Source: Anaerolineae bacterium (lineage in GTDB: Bacteria; Chloroflexota; Anaerolineae; UBA1429). From it: a stretch of DNA of 64,000 nt. The notes beneath the pieces were generated by a model. The model did not search any database, was not told the DNA's origin, and saw nothing but the letters and a program-made list of their open reading frames with translations. This document shows, one piece after another, positions 1 to 8,445 of this stretch. How positions within the stretch are numbered: position 1 is the first letter of the stretch; every line of letters starts with the position of its first letter. The translations under genes and the position numbers were made by a program. The DNA lies in contig JAXGYO010000002.1 of the NCBI GenBank assembly GCA_040772225.1, positions 1,066,767 to 1,130,766 of the forward strand. The letters are read 5' to 3'.

Positions 1-1178
1 CGCGCGACATAGTTCACCAGAGACCGCAACAGCAGAAACGGCGAGCCATTGGCCTGGCCGGAGCAATCCAGCACGGCATTGATGCCGCTAACATCGAGCG
101 CATCCACCTTTGGGCAGCGGCCAAAGCCCAGCTTTTGCTCCCAGTAGGGTGTAGCCAGAGCGGGCGCGACCTCGGGCACACGACCGGTAACGTCATGACA
201 ATGCACCCGGTACGGGACATGACTGTCGGGCGCAACCGCCGCGATCTGATCAGCCAGCATCGCCATCCAGAGGCGCAGGGCCCGCCAGTAGTTGCTGGAC
301 ATGCGCTGCTCTACATCGTCGCGGAGCTGTCCCGCTCGATAAGCGCGCATCAAGGCCTCAAGCTGATTCTCAGGCACACCCAGGTCGGCCACCGTGTGAT
401 CAATGAGCATCGCCGCGCCATGCGGCACAACCGCGGCCCACTCTACGCGCCCGCGCCGTACCAGGTCGACCGTAGTCATCGCCTCATCCACCACCACCAT
501 CAGAGACACCGCGTCGGCGAGGGGTGATGCCAGGGCCATGTGATGGGGAAGAATAGCGGCCAGATCGAGCCCCAGACGATTGGCGATCAACTCCAGGGAC
601 CGAATCCACTCCGCCGGGGCAAGGCAAAAGTTGAGGTATAACTGCATATGATCGCCAGTCAGCCCCAGCGGGTCACTCACCGGCTGTCCATCCAGCGTGA
701 TCAAGGCGAGAGATCCGGCCACGATATCTTCATGGCTGCCGCGCGCCCGCACATCCAGACGGTCCTGCGCCTTGCGGTACCCCCGACGCAGGAGCATCTG
801 CATCTCTTCGAGCGTCACCGGCCGGCGGGGATTGCGGCGTCGAACCTCATCCACGATGGCCAGGCTGCGGGTAACTCCCGAGGGAATGGCCATGGTGGCA
901 TAGTCGGGAACGATCTTGCGGCCAGCGAGCCGCTGTGTCATGTCCTCCGATTGCGCCAGGGCGCGGTCACAGGCAGCGTACCAGCGATCGGGATCGGGGT
1001 GGCTCGTAGGATTGACACCCTGCACGGGAGCGGCGGCGAGCCCCAGAATCTCGCCCGTGCCATCGGTGAGCCGCAGCACGGCGGTGCGCACGTGACCCTC
1101 TTCCCAGGTGATGGCGGTATGGTGCGTCATCGTCGCCGGGGCGTCCGGACGGCGCCCTCGCCTGCTCAGTAGCGCCAT
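1..1178 (-). CDS. Partial CDS (3' end beyond window): FtsA/PilM-like actin-fold protein with degenerate nucleotide-binding motif
   Basis: The minus frame is open from ATG 1178-1176 (AGGGGG just upstream) to position 1 with no stop. It is absent from the ORF track because it runs off the edge. My translation reads MALLSRRGRRPDAPATMTHHTAITWEEGHVRTAVLRLTDGTGEILGLAAAPVQG...PVSDPLGLTGDHMQLYLNFCLAP...SLMVVVDEAMTTVDLVRRG. The layout resembles FtsA/PilM, but the DxGxGTT strand reads DEAMTT. Alternative start ATG 1130. Confidence 0.5.
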   Translation of the reverse strand, partial: MALLSRRGRRPDAPATMTHHTAITWEEGHVRTAVLRLTDGTGEILGLAAAPVQGVNPTSHPDPDRWYAACDRALAQSEDMTQRLAGRKIVPDYATMAIPSGVTRSLAIVDEVRRRNPRRPVTLEEMQMLLRRGYRKAQDRLDVRARGSHEDIVAGSLALITLDGQPVSDPLGLTGDHMQLYLNFCLAPAEWIRSLELIANRLGLDLAAILPHHMALASPLADAVSLMVVVDEAMTTVDLVRRGRVEWAAVVPHGAAMLIDHTVADLGVPENQLEALMRAYRAGQLRDDVEQRMSSNYWRALRLWMAMLADQIAAVAPDSHVPYRVHCHDVTGRVPEVAPALATPYWEQKLGFGRCPKVDALDVSGINAVLDCSGQANGSPFLLLRSLVNYVA

Positions 1179-1230
1179 AGTGCCCCCTGCCTGCCCGGCA
1201 ACCTCCGCACGGCAACGTTGCCTCGACGAC

Positions 1231-3873
1231 TCATTCGCCCAACCCCTCGGCCACCAGATGATAGACCGCATCCAGAGCATCGCCGAGCCGCTCTGCGTCT
1301 TTGCCCCCGGCCTGCGCCATGTCAGGACGGCCCCCGCCACCGCCGCCCATGATCCGAGCGGCCGCACCCGCAATCTTACCGGCACTCAGGCCTTTGCTCA
1401 CCGCATCGGGCGTCAGCGCAACCAGAAGCAACGGGCGATCCCCAATCACGGCACCCAGCGCCACAACGGCAGAGCCCAGACGATCCCGCAAACTATCGGC
1501 CAGGCTGCGCAGGGCATCCATATCCTGGGCCGGCACCTGAGCCGCCAGTGTGGCGATACCGCCGATAGTGCGGGCGCGCTCTGCGAGACCCTCGGAGCCC
1601 TGCGCCGCCAATTGCGCCTGCAACTGCAGAATCGTGCGCCTGTTCTCACGCAACTGTGCAGCGACAGCCTCCGCTCGAGCCAGCACCTGGTCGCCGCGGG
1701 CATCGAGCACTTTGGCCACCTGCCGCAGCAGAGAGGCCTGCTCCCGCCGGTATTCGTCCGCTCCGCGGCCGGTGACAGCCTCGATGCGCCGCAGTCCAGA
1801 TCCCACGCTGGACTCGGCGGTGATAATGAACGAACCGATCTGACCGCTCGCTTGCAGATGCGTGCCGCCGCACAGCTCTGTGCTGAATCCGCTGACACTC
1901 ACGACCCGCACCTGGTCGCCATATTTCTCGCCAAACAGCGCGATGGCACCCTGCTTTCGCGCCTCCTCGTAGCCCATCACTCGCGTCGTCACCGGTCGGT
2001 TGGCACGGATCTGCTCGTTCACGATCCGCTCAACATCCTCCAGCTCGGCATCGGAGAGTCCCGCGAGATGCGTAAAGTCAAAGCGCAGATGGTCCGGCGA
2101 TACATACGAGCCGGATTGCGCCGCATGTTCGCCCAACACCTGTCGCAGCGCCCGGTGCAGGAGGTGTGTCGCCGTGTGGTTTCGCGCAATATCCAGACGA
2201 CGCTCTCCATCCACCCTGGCGAGGATCGTGTCACCGACCCTCAGGGTACCCTCATCCAACCGAACGAGATGCACAATCATCTCAACAGTCGGCCGAACGG
2301 TGTCGGCAACAACACCCTTGACCTGGTCTGAGATCAGCACGCCCTGATCGCCAACCTGCCCGCCTGCCTCGCCATAGAAGGGCGTGCGGTCGAGAACCAC
2401 CTCGACAGACTGCCCTGCGCTGGCGCTCGAGACGCTCTCTCCCTGCAAGGCAATCGCCAGCACCCGCGCGGGGGATTCGATCGTCTCGTAACCGAGGAAC
2501 TCGGTGGCCGGGAGTCCCAGACTGAGCAGTGGGCCGGCCTGCCCCCCGTGGGAATGTTGTGCCGCGCGTGCGCGCTCGCGCTGTTCCTCCATCGCCTCGC
2601 GGAAACCGGCCTCGTCGATGCCCAGGCCCATCTCTCCCGCGGCATCGCGACTCAGCTCCAACGGAAAGCCATAGGTGTCGTAAAGCCGGAAAACCTCACG
2701 TCCGGGTATGGTCGTCTCGCCGCTCTGCGCCAGCTGGGCCGCGATCTCGGACAGTCGCGACAGCCCCTGATCGAGGGTCGCCAGAAAACGCTCCTCCTCG
2801 CGGGTGATCGCCTCACAGATAAAGTCAGCGCGCTCCTGAAGCTCAACGTAGTGGTGCCCCATTGTATCGATCACCACGCGAGCGGTCTCCCCCAGGAAGG
2901 GCTGCCTGAAGCCAAGGAACCAGCCAAAACGCGCAGCGCGCCTGAGCACCATGCGTGCCACATAGCTACGCCCTTCGTTCCCGGGGAGCACGCCATCGGC
3001 GATCAGAAAAGCGATGGCGCGACTGTGATCCGCGATGACGCGATACGCTGTCCGGTTTGCCAGACGCGCGGCATCGTCGTGCCCGAGGAGCTCCTGCGTC
3101 CGCTGCATGATCGGCAAGAACAGATCGGTGTCATAGTTGTTATCGGCGCCCTGGAGGATGGACGTGATGCGCTCAAACCCGGCACCCGTGTCGATGCTCG
3201 GCTTTGGTAAGGGTACCATGCTGCCATCGGCGCGCTTTTCGAACTGCATGAATACGAGGTTCCAGATCTCAAGCCAGCGATCGCAGTCGCTCGCAGGCCC
3301 GCAGTCTGGCTGTCCGCAGGAGCACGCCCCACGTCCACGATCGTAGAGGATCTCCGAGCAAGGGCCGCAGGGGCCCGTGTCACCCATCTCCCAGAAGTTG
3401 GTCTTGGCGCCCAGCCGCGTGATACGACCGCTGCCCTGCCCGAGATGCCGTTCCCAGAGCGCATAGGCCTCGTCATCATCGGTATACACGGTGGGATACA
3501 GCCGGTCCGCCGGCAGCCCGAGAGTACCAGTGAGGAACTCCCACGCGTAAGCGATGGCATCGGACTTGAAATAGTCGCCAAAGGAAAAGTTTCCGAGCAT
3601 CTCGAAAAAAGTATGGTGCCGCGGCGACGGGCCCACCTGGTCCAGATCGTTGTGCTTGCCGCTCACGCGCATGCACTTTTGCACCGTAGTCGCACGCGTG
3701 TAGGGCCTCGACTCTAGCCCGACAAAAACGTCCTTGAACTGCACCATCCCAGCGTTGGCAAACAGCAGCGTCGGGTCGTTGCCCGGGATGAGCGATGAAC
3801 TGGGCACGACGGTGTGGCCACGCTCCTGGAAAAAGGCCAGAAAGCGAGAACGAATCTCTGCGCTGCTGAGCAT
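1231..3873 (-). CDS. alaS: Alanine--tRNA ligase
   Basis: 880-aa ORF. The N-terminus MLSSAEIRSRFLAFFQERGHTVVPSSSLIPGNDPTLLFANAGMVQFKDVF is a canonical AlaRS start. It also has the editing-domain HTATHLLH motif and a C-terminal GGGGGGRPDMAQAGG. GGAGGA SD lies before ATG 3873. Confidence 0.97.
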   Translation of the reverse strand: MLSSAEIRSRFLAFFQERGHTVVPSSSLIPGNDPTLLFANAGMVQFKDVFVGLESRPYTRATTVQKCMRVSGKHNDLDQVGPSPRHHTFFEMLGNFSFGDYFKSDAIAYAWEFLTGTLGLPADRLYPTVYTDDDEAYALWERHLGQGSGRITRLGAKTNFWEMGDTGPCGPCSEILYDRGRGACSCGQPDCGPASDCDRWLEIWNLVFMQFEKRADGSMVPLPKPSIDTGAGFERITSILQGADNNYDTDLFLPIMQRTQELLGHDDAARLANRTAYRVIADHSRAIAFLIADGVLPGNEGRSYVARMVLRRAARFGWFLGFRQPFLGETARVVIDTMGHHYVELQERADFICEAITREEERFLATLDQGLSRLSEIAAQLAQSGETTIPGREVFRLYDTYGFPLELSRDAAGEMGLGIDEAGFREAMEEQRERARAAQHSHGGQAGPLLSLGLPATEFLGYETIESPARVLAIALQGESVSSASAGQSVEVVLDRTPFYGEAGGQVGDQGVLISDQVKGVVADTVRPTVEMIVHLVRLDEGTLRVGDTILARVDGERRLDIARNHTATHLLHRALRQVLGEHAAQSGSYVSPDHLRFDFTHLAGLSDAELEDVERIVNEQIRANRPVTTRVMGYEEARKQGAIALFGEKYGDQVRVVSVSGFSTELCGGTHLQASGQIGSFIITAESSVGSGLRRIEAVTGRGADEYRREQASLLRQVAKVLDARGDQVLARAEAVAAQLRENRRTILQLQAQLAAQGSEGLAERARTIGGIATLAAQVPAQDMDALRSLADSLRDRLGSAVVALGAVIGDRPLLLVALTPDAVSKGLSAGKIAGAAARIMGGGGGGRPDMAQAGGKDAERLGDALDAVYHLVAEGLGE

Positions 3874-3905
3874 GCGTCCTCCTGAGGGTCGAGCTGTACC
3901 GCAAG

Positions 3906-3934
3906 ATTCTAGCGGAAGGGGATAGGGGTGTCAA
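3906..3934 (-). promoter_or_regulatory. Sigma70-like promoter for alaS (TTGACA-N17-TAGAAT on minus strand)
   Basis: The reverse complement reads TTGACA (3934-3929), a 17-nt spacer, then TAGAAT (3911-3906), about 30 nt upstream of the alaS ATG. Consensus match only, no experimental support. Confidence 0.5.
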
Positions 3935-4015
3935 AGAAATCCAGGGCGGCGCACAAGCAAGCTAGACCCAGCGCTCGCCATGGCGGGCGCCTATCCTGCT
4001 GGCCCTCTCACTCCC

Positions 4016-5269
4016 TCAGGCAGCGGGGCGCCGCCTCTGCAATGCCGAACCGGGCGCGGACCGCTGGAGGATATCCTCGGCGGTCACCACCCAGCGCTGT
4101 ATGTCAGGATTGGAAGGTAGCTCGAACATGACCTCGTTCAGCGTCTCTTCCAGAATCGTACGCAGTCCACGGGCGCCCATGTTCGAGCGCATGGCCTCCC
4201 GCGCAGCCACCAGCAGGGCCTCATCGGCGAACTCGAGCGTGACATCATCAAGCTCAAACAGCCGTTGGAACTGCCGCACCAGCGCGTTGCGCGGCTCGGT
4301 GAGGATGCGCACCATGTCCTCTTCGCTGAGCGGATCCACCGACACCACCACGGGCAGCCGCCCTATAAACTCGGGAATCAGCCCATACTGAAGGAGATCC
4401 TCGGGAGAGACCTGGCTGAGAAGCTCGGCATCGGTCGGCTCGGCGCGGCGCTCGCCCTGTGCAAAACCCATCGGGCTCTTGAACCGGGTGCGCTCGCGAA
4501 TGATGTCCACGAGCCCGTCAAAGGCGCCACCACAGATGAACAGAATGTCGCTGGTGTCGACCTGGATGAACTCTTGCTGCGGATGCTTGCGCCCGCCCTG
4601 GGGCGGCACATTCGCTACAGTGCCTTCCAGAATCTTGAGCAGCGCCTGCTGAACGCCCTCACCGGAGACATCTCTGGTAATGGAGGCATTGTCGCCACTC
4701 TTGCGGGCGATCTTGTCGATCTCATCGATGTAGATGATGCCCTGAGAGGCGCGCTTGACATCGAAATCAGCGTTGTAGAGCAGGCGAAGAAGGATGTTCT
4801 CGACATCCTCACCCACATAGCCCGCCTCTGTGAGCGCTGTGGCATCGGAGATGCTGAAAGGGACATCCAGGCTGTGCGCCAGTGTCTGGGCCAGCAGCGT
4901 CTTGCCGCAACCAGTGGGCCCGATGAGAAGGACGTTGCTCTTTTGCAGTTCCACGTCCTGATGCTCGTGTTCGCTGTCCAGCACGCGCTTGTAGTGATTG
5001 TAAACCGCCACGGAGAGCGTGCGCTTGGCGCGCTCCTGCCCGATGACATAACCGCTCAAGGAATCAAAGATCTCGCGCGGCGCGGGGATATCCTCCCTGC
5101 GCAGCGCGTGCTCCTCCTTGCTCTCTGCGCCCGAGTCCAGAATCTGCTTGCACAGATTAACACAGCCGTCGCAGATATGGACGCCATTTGGCCCGGCGAT
5201 CAGTCGGCGGCCCGGCCCTTCGGGCTGCCCGCAGAACGAACACGCGGGACGCTGCATGGACTGGCTCAC
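4016..5269 (-). CDS. clpX: ATP-dependent Clp protease ATP-binding subunit ClpX
   Basis: 417 aa. N-terminal zinc finger CSFCGQ...CDGC, Walker A GPTGCGKT and Walker [10 protein letters not shown]. Its start overlaps the clpP stop by 4 nt. Confidence 0.97.
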   Translation of the reverse strand: MSQSMQRPACSFCGQPEGPGRRLIAGPNGVHICDGCVNLCKQILDSGAESKEEHALRREDIPAPREIFDSLSGYVIGQERAKRTLSVAVYNHYKRVLDSEHEHQDVELQKSNVLLIGPTGCGKTLLAQTLAHSLDVPFSISDATALTEAGYVGEDVENILLRLLYNADFDVKRASQGIIYIDEIDKIARKSGDNASITRDVSGEGVQQALLKILEGTVANVPPQGGRKHPQQEFIQVDTSDILFICGGAFDGLVDIIRERTRFKSPMGFAQGERRAEPTDAELLSQVSPEDLLQYGLIPEFIGRLPVVVSVDPLSEEDMVRILTEPRNALVRQFQRLFELDDVTLEFADEALLVAAREAMRSNMGARGLRTILEETLNEVMFELPSNPDIQRWVVTAEDILQRSAPGSALQRRRPAA

Positions 5270-5880
5270 TCTTCCTTGGCCTCGCGCGCCTGAGCGGGCG
5301 TGATCACCTCGTCAACCAGGCCGTATTCCACGGCCTGCTGGGCATCCAGATAATAGTCGCGGTCGGTGTCTCTCTCGATGCGCTCCAGCGGCTGGCCTGT
5401 ATGCTGCACCAGGATATTGTTGAGCATCCGGCGCAGCCGAAGGATCTCCTCGGCCTGGATCTGGATGTCGCTGGCCTGGCCGCGAGCACCACCGGCGGGC
5501 TGATGGATGTGGATCGTGGCATGGGGCAGCGCGAAACGGCGCCCGGGCGTGCCCGCAGCCAGCAGCACGGTACCGAAACTGGCAGTGCTGCCCACAGCGA
5601 TGGTCGAGACTGGCGCCCGAATCACCTGCATCGTGTCATAGATGGCCAGACCGGCATACACGACGCCGCCCGGCGACTGGATATACAGGCTGATCTCCCG
5701 CTCGGGGTCCTCGCGGTCCAGATAGAGCATCTGTGCCACGATCAGACCGGCGATCTGGTCGTCGATGGCCGTGCCGAGAAAGATGATACGCTCGCGCAAA
5801 AGCAACGAATAGATATCATAGGCGCGCTCGCCGCGCCCGGTGGTCTCGATGACCATGGGAACAAGGGCATCTGTAAACAT
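5266..5880 (-). CDS. clpP: ATP-dependent Clp protease proteolytic subunit ClpP
   Basis: 204 aa with typical ClpP sequence ([56 protein letters not shown]). Classic tig-clpP-clpX order. Confidence 0.97.
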   Translation of the reverse strand: MFTDALVPMVIETTGRGERAYDIYSLLLRERIIFLGTAIDDQIAGLIVAQMLYLDREDPEREISLYIQSPGGVVYAGLAIYDTMQVIRAPVSTIAVGSTASFGTVLLAAGTPGRRFALPHATIHIHQPAGGARGQASDIQIQAEEILRLRRMLNNILVQHTGQPLERIERDTDRDYYLDAQQAVEYGLVDEVITPAQAREAKEE

Positions 5881-5953
5881 ATGGTTCCTCCTGCACTGCC
5901 CCGTCCTGCAAGGACGCGGGGCTTAACGGGCCAAGGGTGCTACCTGGCCTCGA

Positions 5954-7387
5954 TTATGATTCATCTTGGGCGCTTGCATCGACAGCGTCTGTACCCGCTG
6001 TCTCAGCATCCGCTGTCTCAGCATCCGCTGCCGGCTCCGCATCGACGTCCACTGCGGCCTCCGCTGCCTCTGCGCCTTCCTCAGCGACCGGCTCGGGAAG
6101 AGGCCGGCCGGCCATCCGATCCGCCAGCCACTGAGCAGCCTTCATCACCATCGCATCCTCGATGGCCAGGCCGAGTGCGCCGTTCTGGACCGCCTGCTGG
6201 AGCATCTCCTCAGCCTTGTCGCCATAGGACATGGCGATGTTGTTGGCAAAGTTGTTGATCGCGGCATTGGCCTCGTCATCGGTCAAATGGACATCCTCAT
6301 GCCGGATATACTCGAGGAGCACGAGCCGTTGCAGGAGCCCCTTTTCGGCATCAGGACGGATGTCATCACGCAAGTCCTGCTCGGTGCGGTTGGTGATGCG
6401 GAGATACGAATCCAGCGAAAACCCCATCCGTTGCGCGCGGGCCCGCTGATTGGCGACAGCGCGATCGATCTCGCGCTCCAGGGCAGCCTGGGGATAGGAT
6501 ATCTCCGAACTATTGATCAGCATCTCGACCGCCTCGAGCCGCTCCGCGGCCCGGTTCTGCGCCTCACGCTGCTCTTTGAGGTCCTCGGCGATGGCCTCGC
6601 GCAGATCGGCGATCGTCTCATAATCGCCAACGGTCATGGCGAAGGAGTCATCGACTTCCGGGAGCTCCACCTCGCGGACCTCACCCACGACGACCTTATA
6701 GTCCACCTTTTTCCCGGCCAGGTCCTCATTCGGCTCATCTTCGGGGTACGTGAGGCTGAACTCGCGCGTATCGCCCATCTCTGCACCCAGCAACGCCTCT
6801 GCAAAGCCCTCCGGGCGCATGTACTCGGTCAGATCCAGCGTGGCACTCTCTTCACGCTGCACCTCTTCGCCATCCACCGTGCCCCAGATGCCGACCATAA
6901 CCTGGTCATCCATCTGAAGCGGGCGTTTGACCGGCGTGACCTCAGCATGCTGCCGGCGCAACATCTCGATCTGCTCGTCGATATCGGCGTCGGTGATTAC
7001 CACCTCTGGCCGAGCCTGGATGCGCATCTCGGCGTAGGCCCCAAGCTCGACGACAGGCACGAGAGGGACATTGACCTTGAGCACAAGAGGATCCTCGGTC
7101 TCGATCTCCATCTGCGTCTGCTCATACGGCTGGATATCGGCCTCGCGAATCGCCTGGTGATAGATCTCGGGGGCGATGCGATTGAGCGCCTCATTGAGAA
7201 TCATCTCACGGCCAAAGGTGCGCTCCACCATGGCGTAAGGCGCCCGGCCGGGCCGATAGCCGCGCAGCGGGCGCTGACGCGAGATGTCGCGAGCGGCCTG
7301 GCGCATCGCCCTGTCGATGGTCTCCGGATCCGGAACAATAGTGAGCACCACCTCGCGGGGCGCTACGGTTTCACTGGTGACTTGCAC
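5954..7387 (-). CDS. tig: Trigger factor
   Basis: The protein reads VQVTSETVAPREVVLTIVPDPETIDRAMRQAARDIS... The C-terminus is acidic and Ala-rich. I place the start at GTG 7387, preceded by GAGGAGG. The longer track ORF (to 7582) would overlap tRNA-Gly and looks non-protein-like. Confidence 0.9.
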   Translation of the reverse strand: MQVTSETVAPREVVLTIVPDPETIDRAMRQAARDISRQRPLRGYRPGRAPYAMVERTFGREMILNEALNRIAPEIYHQAIREADIQPYEQTQMEIETEDPLVLKVNVPLVPVVELGAYAEMRIQARPEVVITDADIDEQIEMLRRQHAEVTPVKRPLQMDDQVMVGIWGTVDGEEVQREESATLDLTEYMRPEGFAEALLGAEMGDTREFSLTYPEDEPNEDLAGKKVDYKVVVGEVREVELPEVDDSFAMTVGDYETIADLREAIAEDLKEQREAQNRAAERLEAVEMLINSSEISYPQAALEREIDRAVANQRARAQRMGFSLDSYLRITNRTEQDLRDDIRPDAEKGLLQRLVLLEYIRHEDVHLTDDEANAAINNFANNIAMSYGDKAEEMLQQAVQNGALGLAIEDAMVMKAAQWLADRMAGRPLPEPVAEEGAEAAEAAVDVDAEPAADAETADAETAGTDAVDASAQDES

Positions 7388-7540
7388 GCTCGGTCCTCCT
7401 CGCAGTTCTCGTTCGCTGGCCCGGCTCACGGGCAACCTCTCGATTATACCATATCCGCCATAGAGCAGAAATTGTGGTCGACATACAAGAATGCTGGCCC
7501 CACACGTACCGGAGCCAGCATCCCTACAGACTGTACTCTG

Positions 7541-7612
7541 AGCGGAAGACGAGATTCGAACTCGCGACCCTCTCCTTGGCAAGGAGATGCTCTACCACTG
7601 AGCCACTTCCGC
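7541..7612 (-). tRNA. tRNA-Gly (anticodon GCC)
   Basis: The reverse complement is GCGGAAGTGGCTCAGTGGTAGAGCATCTCCTTGCCAAGGAGAGGGTCGCGAGTTCGAATCTCGTCTTCCGCT. It folds as a 72-nt cloverleaf with acceptor GCGGAAG/CTTCCGC and anticodon loop TTGCCAA. CCA is not encoded. Confidence 0.9.
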
Positions 7613-7633
7613 GTGCTAATGTGCTCTGCCAGA

Positions 7634-7715
7634 TGGGGAAGGAGAGATTTGAACTCTCACGGATTTCTCCACGTGATCCTAAATCACGCTCGTCTGCCAA
7701 TTCCGACACTCCCCC
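7634..7715 (-). tRNA. tRNA-Leu (anticodon TAG), long variable arm
   Basis: The reverse complement is GGGGGAGTGTCGGAATTGGCAGACGAGCGTGATTTAGGATCACGTGGAGAAATCCGTGAGAGTTCAAATCTCTCCTTCCCCA. Acceptor GGGGGAG/CTTCCCC (one G-U), anticodon stem GTGAT/ATCAC, loop TTTAGGA, and T-loop GTTCAAATC. Confidence 0.85.
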
Positions 7716-7825
7716 GTGCTTCGGACCACGGATCCTGCGATCCCGGGCCCTGGTCAGACGGGCCGTCGTGGGCGACGCGCTTGTGACGCATCGCGGCAGC
7801 ACCGGACGCAGCATCCCTTTCCCGA

Positions 7826-7897
7826 TGAGCCGCCCAGGACTCGAACCTGGAACCAACTGATTAAGAGTCAGTGGCTCTGCCATTGAGCTAGCGGCCC
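7826..7897 (-). tRNA. tRNA-Lys (anticodon CTT)
   Basis: The reverse complement is GGGCCGCTAGCTCAATGGCAGAGCCACTGACTCTTAATCAGTTGGTTCCAGGTTCGAGTCCTGGGCGGCTCA. Anticodon stem ACTGA/TCAGT with loop CTCTTAA, and T-arm CCAGG-TTCGAGT-CCTGG. Confidence 0.85.
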
Positions 7898-8131
7898 GCG
7901 GTTGTCCACTGTCAACGCACCGGCGCCCCGAGACACGCCCGAACCTCTCCACTGGACGCATCGATTATAGGGCAAACGGGCGGTCGGGTCAAATGGATAG
8001 CGCTCCGGGTGGCGCGGGTGAGCCGCCGGCCCAGCCCTGCATACTGGAGCACAAAGCACAGCCCGGCCACGGCGCTCGGCGTGGAGAGGATCATCTGGAA
8101 ACGAAACCACCAGAACGTCAGACCCGGCTCA

Positions 8132-8326
8132 ATGGCCGACAGCTCCAGCGCGTTGCCGATCGCCGGGGACTTGAACCTGGACGGCGTCGTCGACGATGTG
8201 GGCGACTACGATCCCGCGACCCGTAGCTGGTACTATGACGATGACCACGACGGCAATCCGTCTAGCAAGGCCAGCTGGGGCGAGTTCTACGACCTGCCCT
8301 TTGCCGGCGCCCTCTGGCAGTACTAG
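8132..8326 (+). CDS. Hypothetical small protein with DxNxDG calcium-binding-like motif
   Basis: Internal ATG of track ORF 8009..8326: MADSSSALPIAGDLNLDGVVDDVGDYDPATRSWYYDDDHDGNPSS... The GDLNLDGVVDD stretch resembles dockerin/FG-GAP type Ca-binding loops. No clear signal peptide or SD, so coding status is uncertain. Confidence 0.25.
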   Translation: MADSSSALPIAGDLNLDGVVDDVGDYDPATRSWYYDDDHDGNPSSKASWGEFYDLPFAGALWQY

Positions 8327-8383
8327 CCGCGCCGGGCGCAGACGCCGTCAACCGACGGCGCCCGCGCAACGCGCACCAGAACA

Positions 8384-8409
8384 GCGGCCGCCCCTCACGG
8401 GGCGGCCGC
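8384..8409. terminator. GC-rich hairpin between convergent gene ends (possible bidirectional terminator)
   Basis: GCGGCCGCCCC-TCAC-GGGGCGGCCGC, a perfect 11-bp stem. It sits between the + ORF end (8326) and the - gene end (8446). No strong T-tract. Confidence 0.45.
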
Positions 8410-8445
8410 CGATACTATCGTGCCGCGGGTGGTGTGCGCGACCGG

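Noticed and set aside
1108-2331. Long antisense ORFs throughout the window: 1108..2331+, 4265..5293+, 5966..7786+, 9670..11523+, 13038..14210-, 14294..15604-, 17596..19044-, 29994..31151-, 31118..32206-, 33425..34432+, 39003..39842-, 43100..43930-
   Set aside because: Each lies opposite a gene with strong family motifs. Their translations are Arg/Gly/Pro/His-rich with no motifs and no SD. These are typical shadow ORFs of high-GC DNA.
3874-4015. T-box or other riboswitch leader upstream of alaS
   Set aside because: A consensus-like promoter sits only about 30 nt from the ATG. That leaves a leader too short for a T-box, and I saw no specifier or T-box sequence.
5954-7582. The 542-aa version of trigger factor in the ORF track
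   Set aside because: The first 65 codons overlap tRNA-Gly (7541-7612) and translate to non-protein-like sequence. A GTG at 7387 with a GAGGAGG SD gives a normal-length Tig.
7716-7825. A fourth tRNA or small RNA in the gap between tRNA-Leu and tRNA-Lys
   Set aside because: I could not fold a cloverleaf, and there is no T-loop GTTCRANYC motif in this segment.
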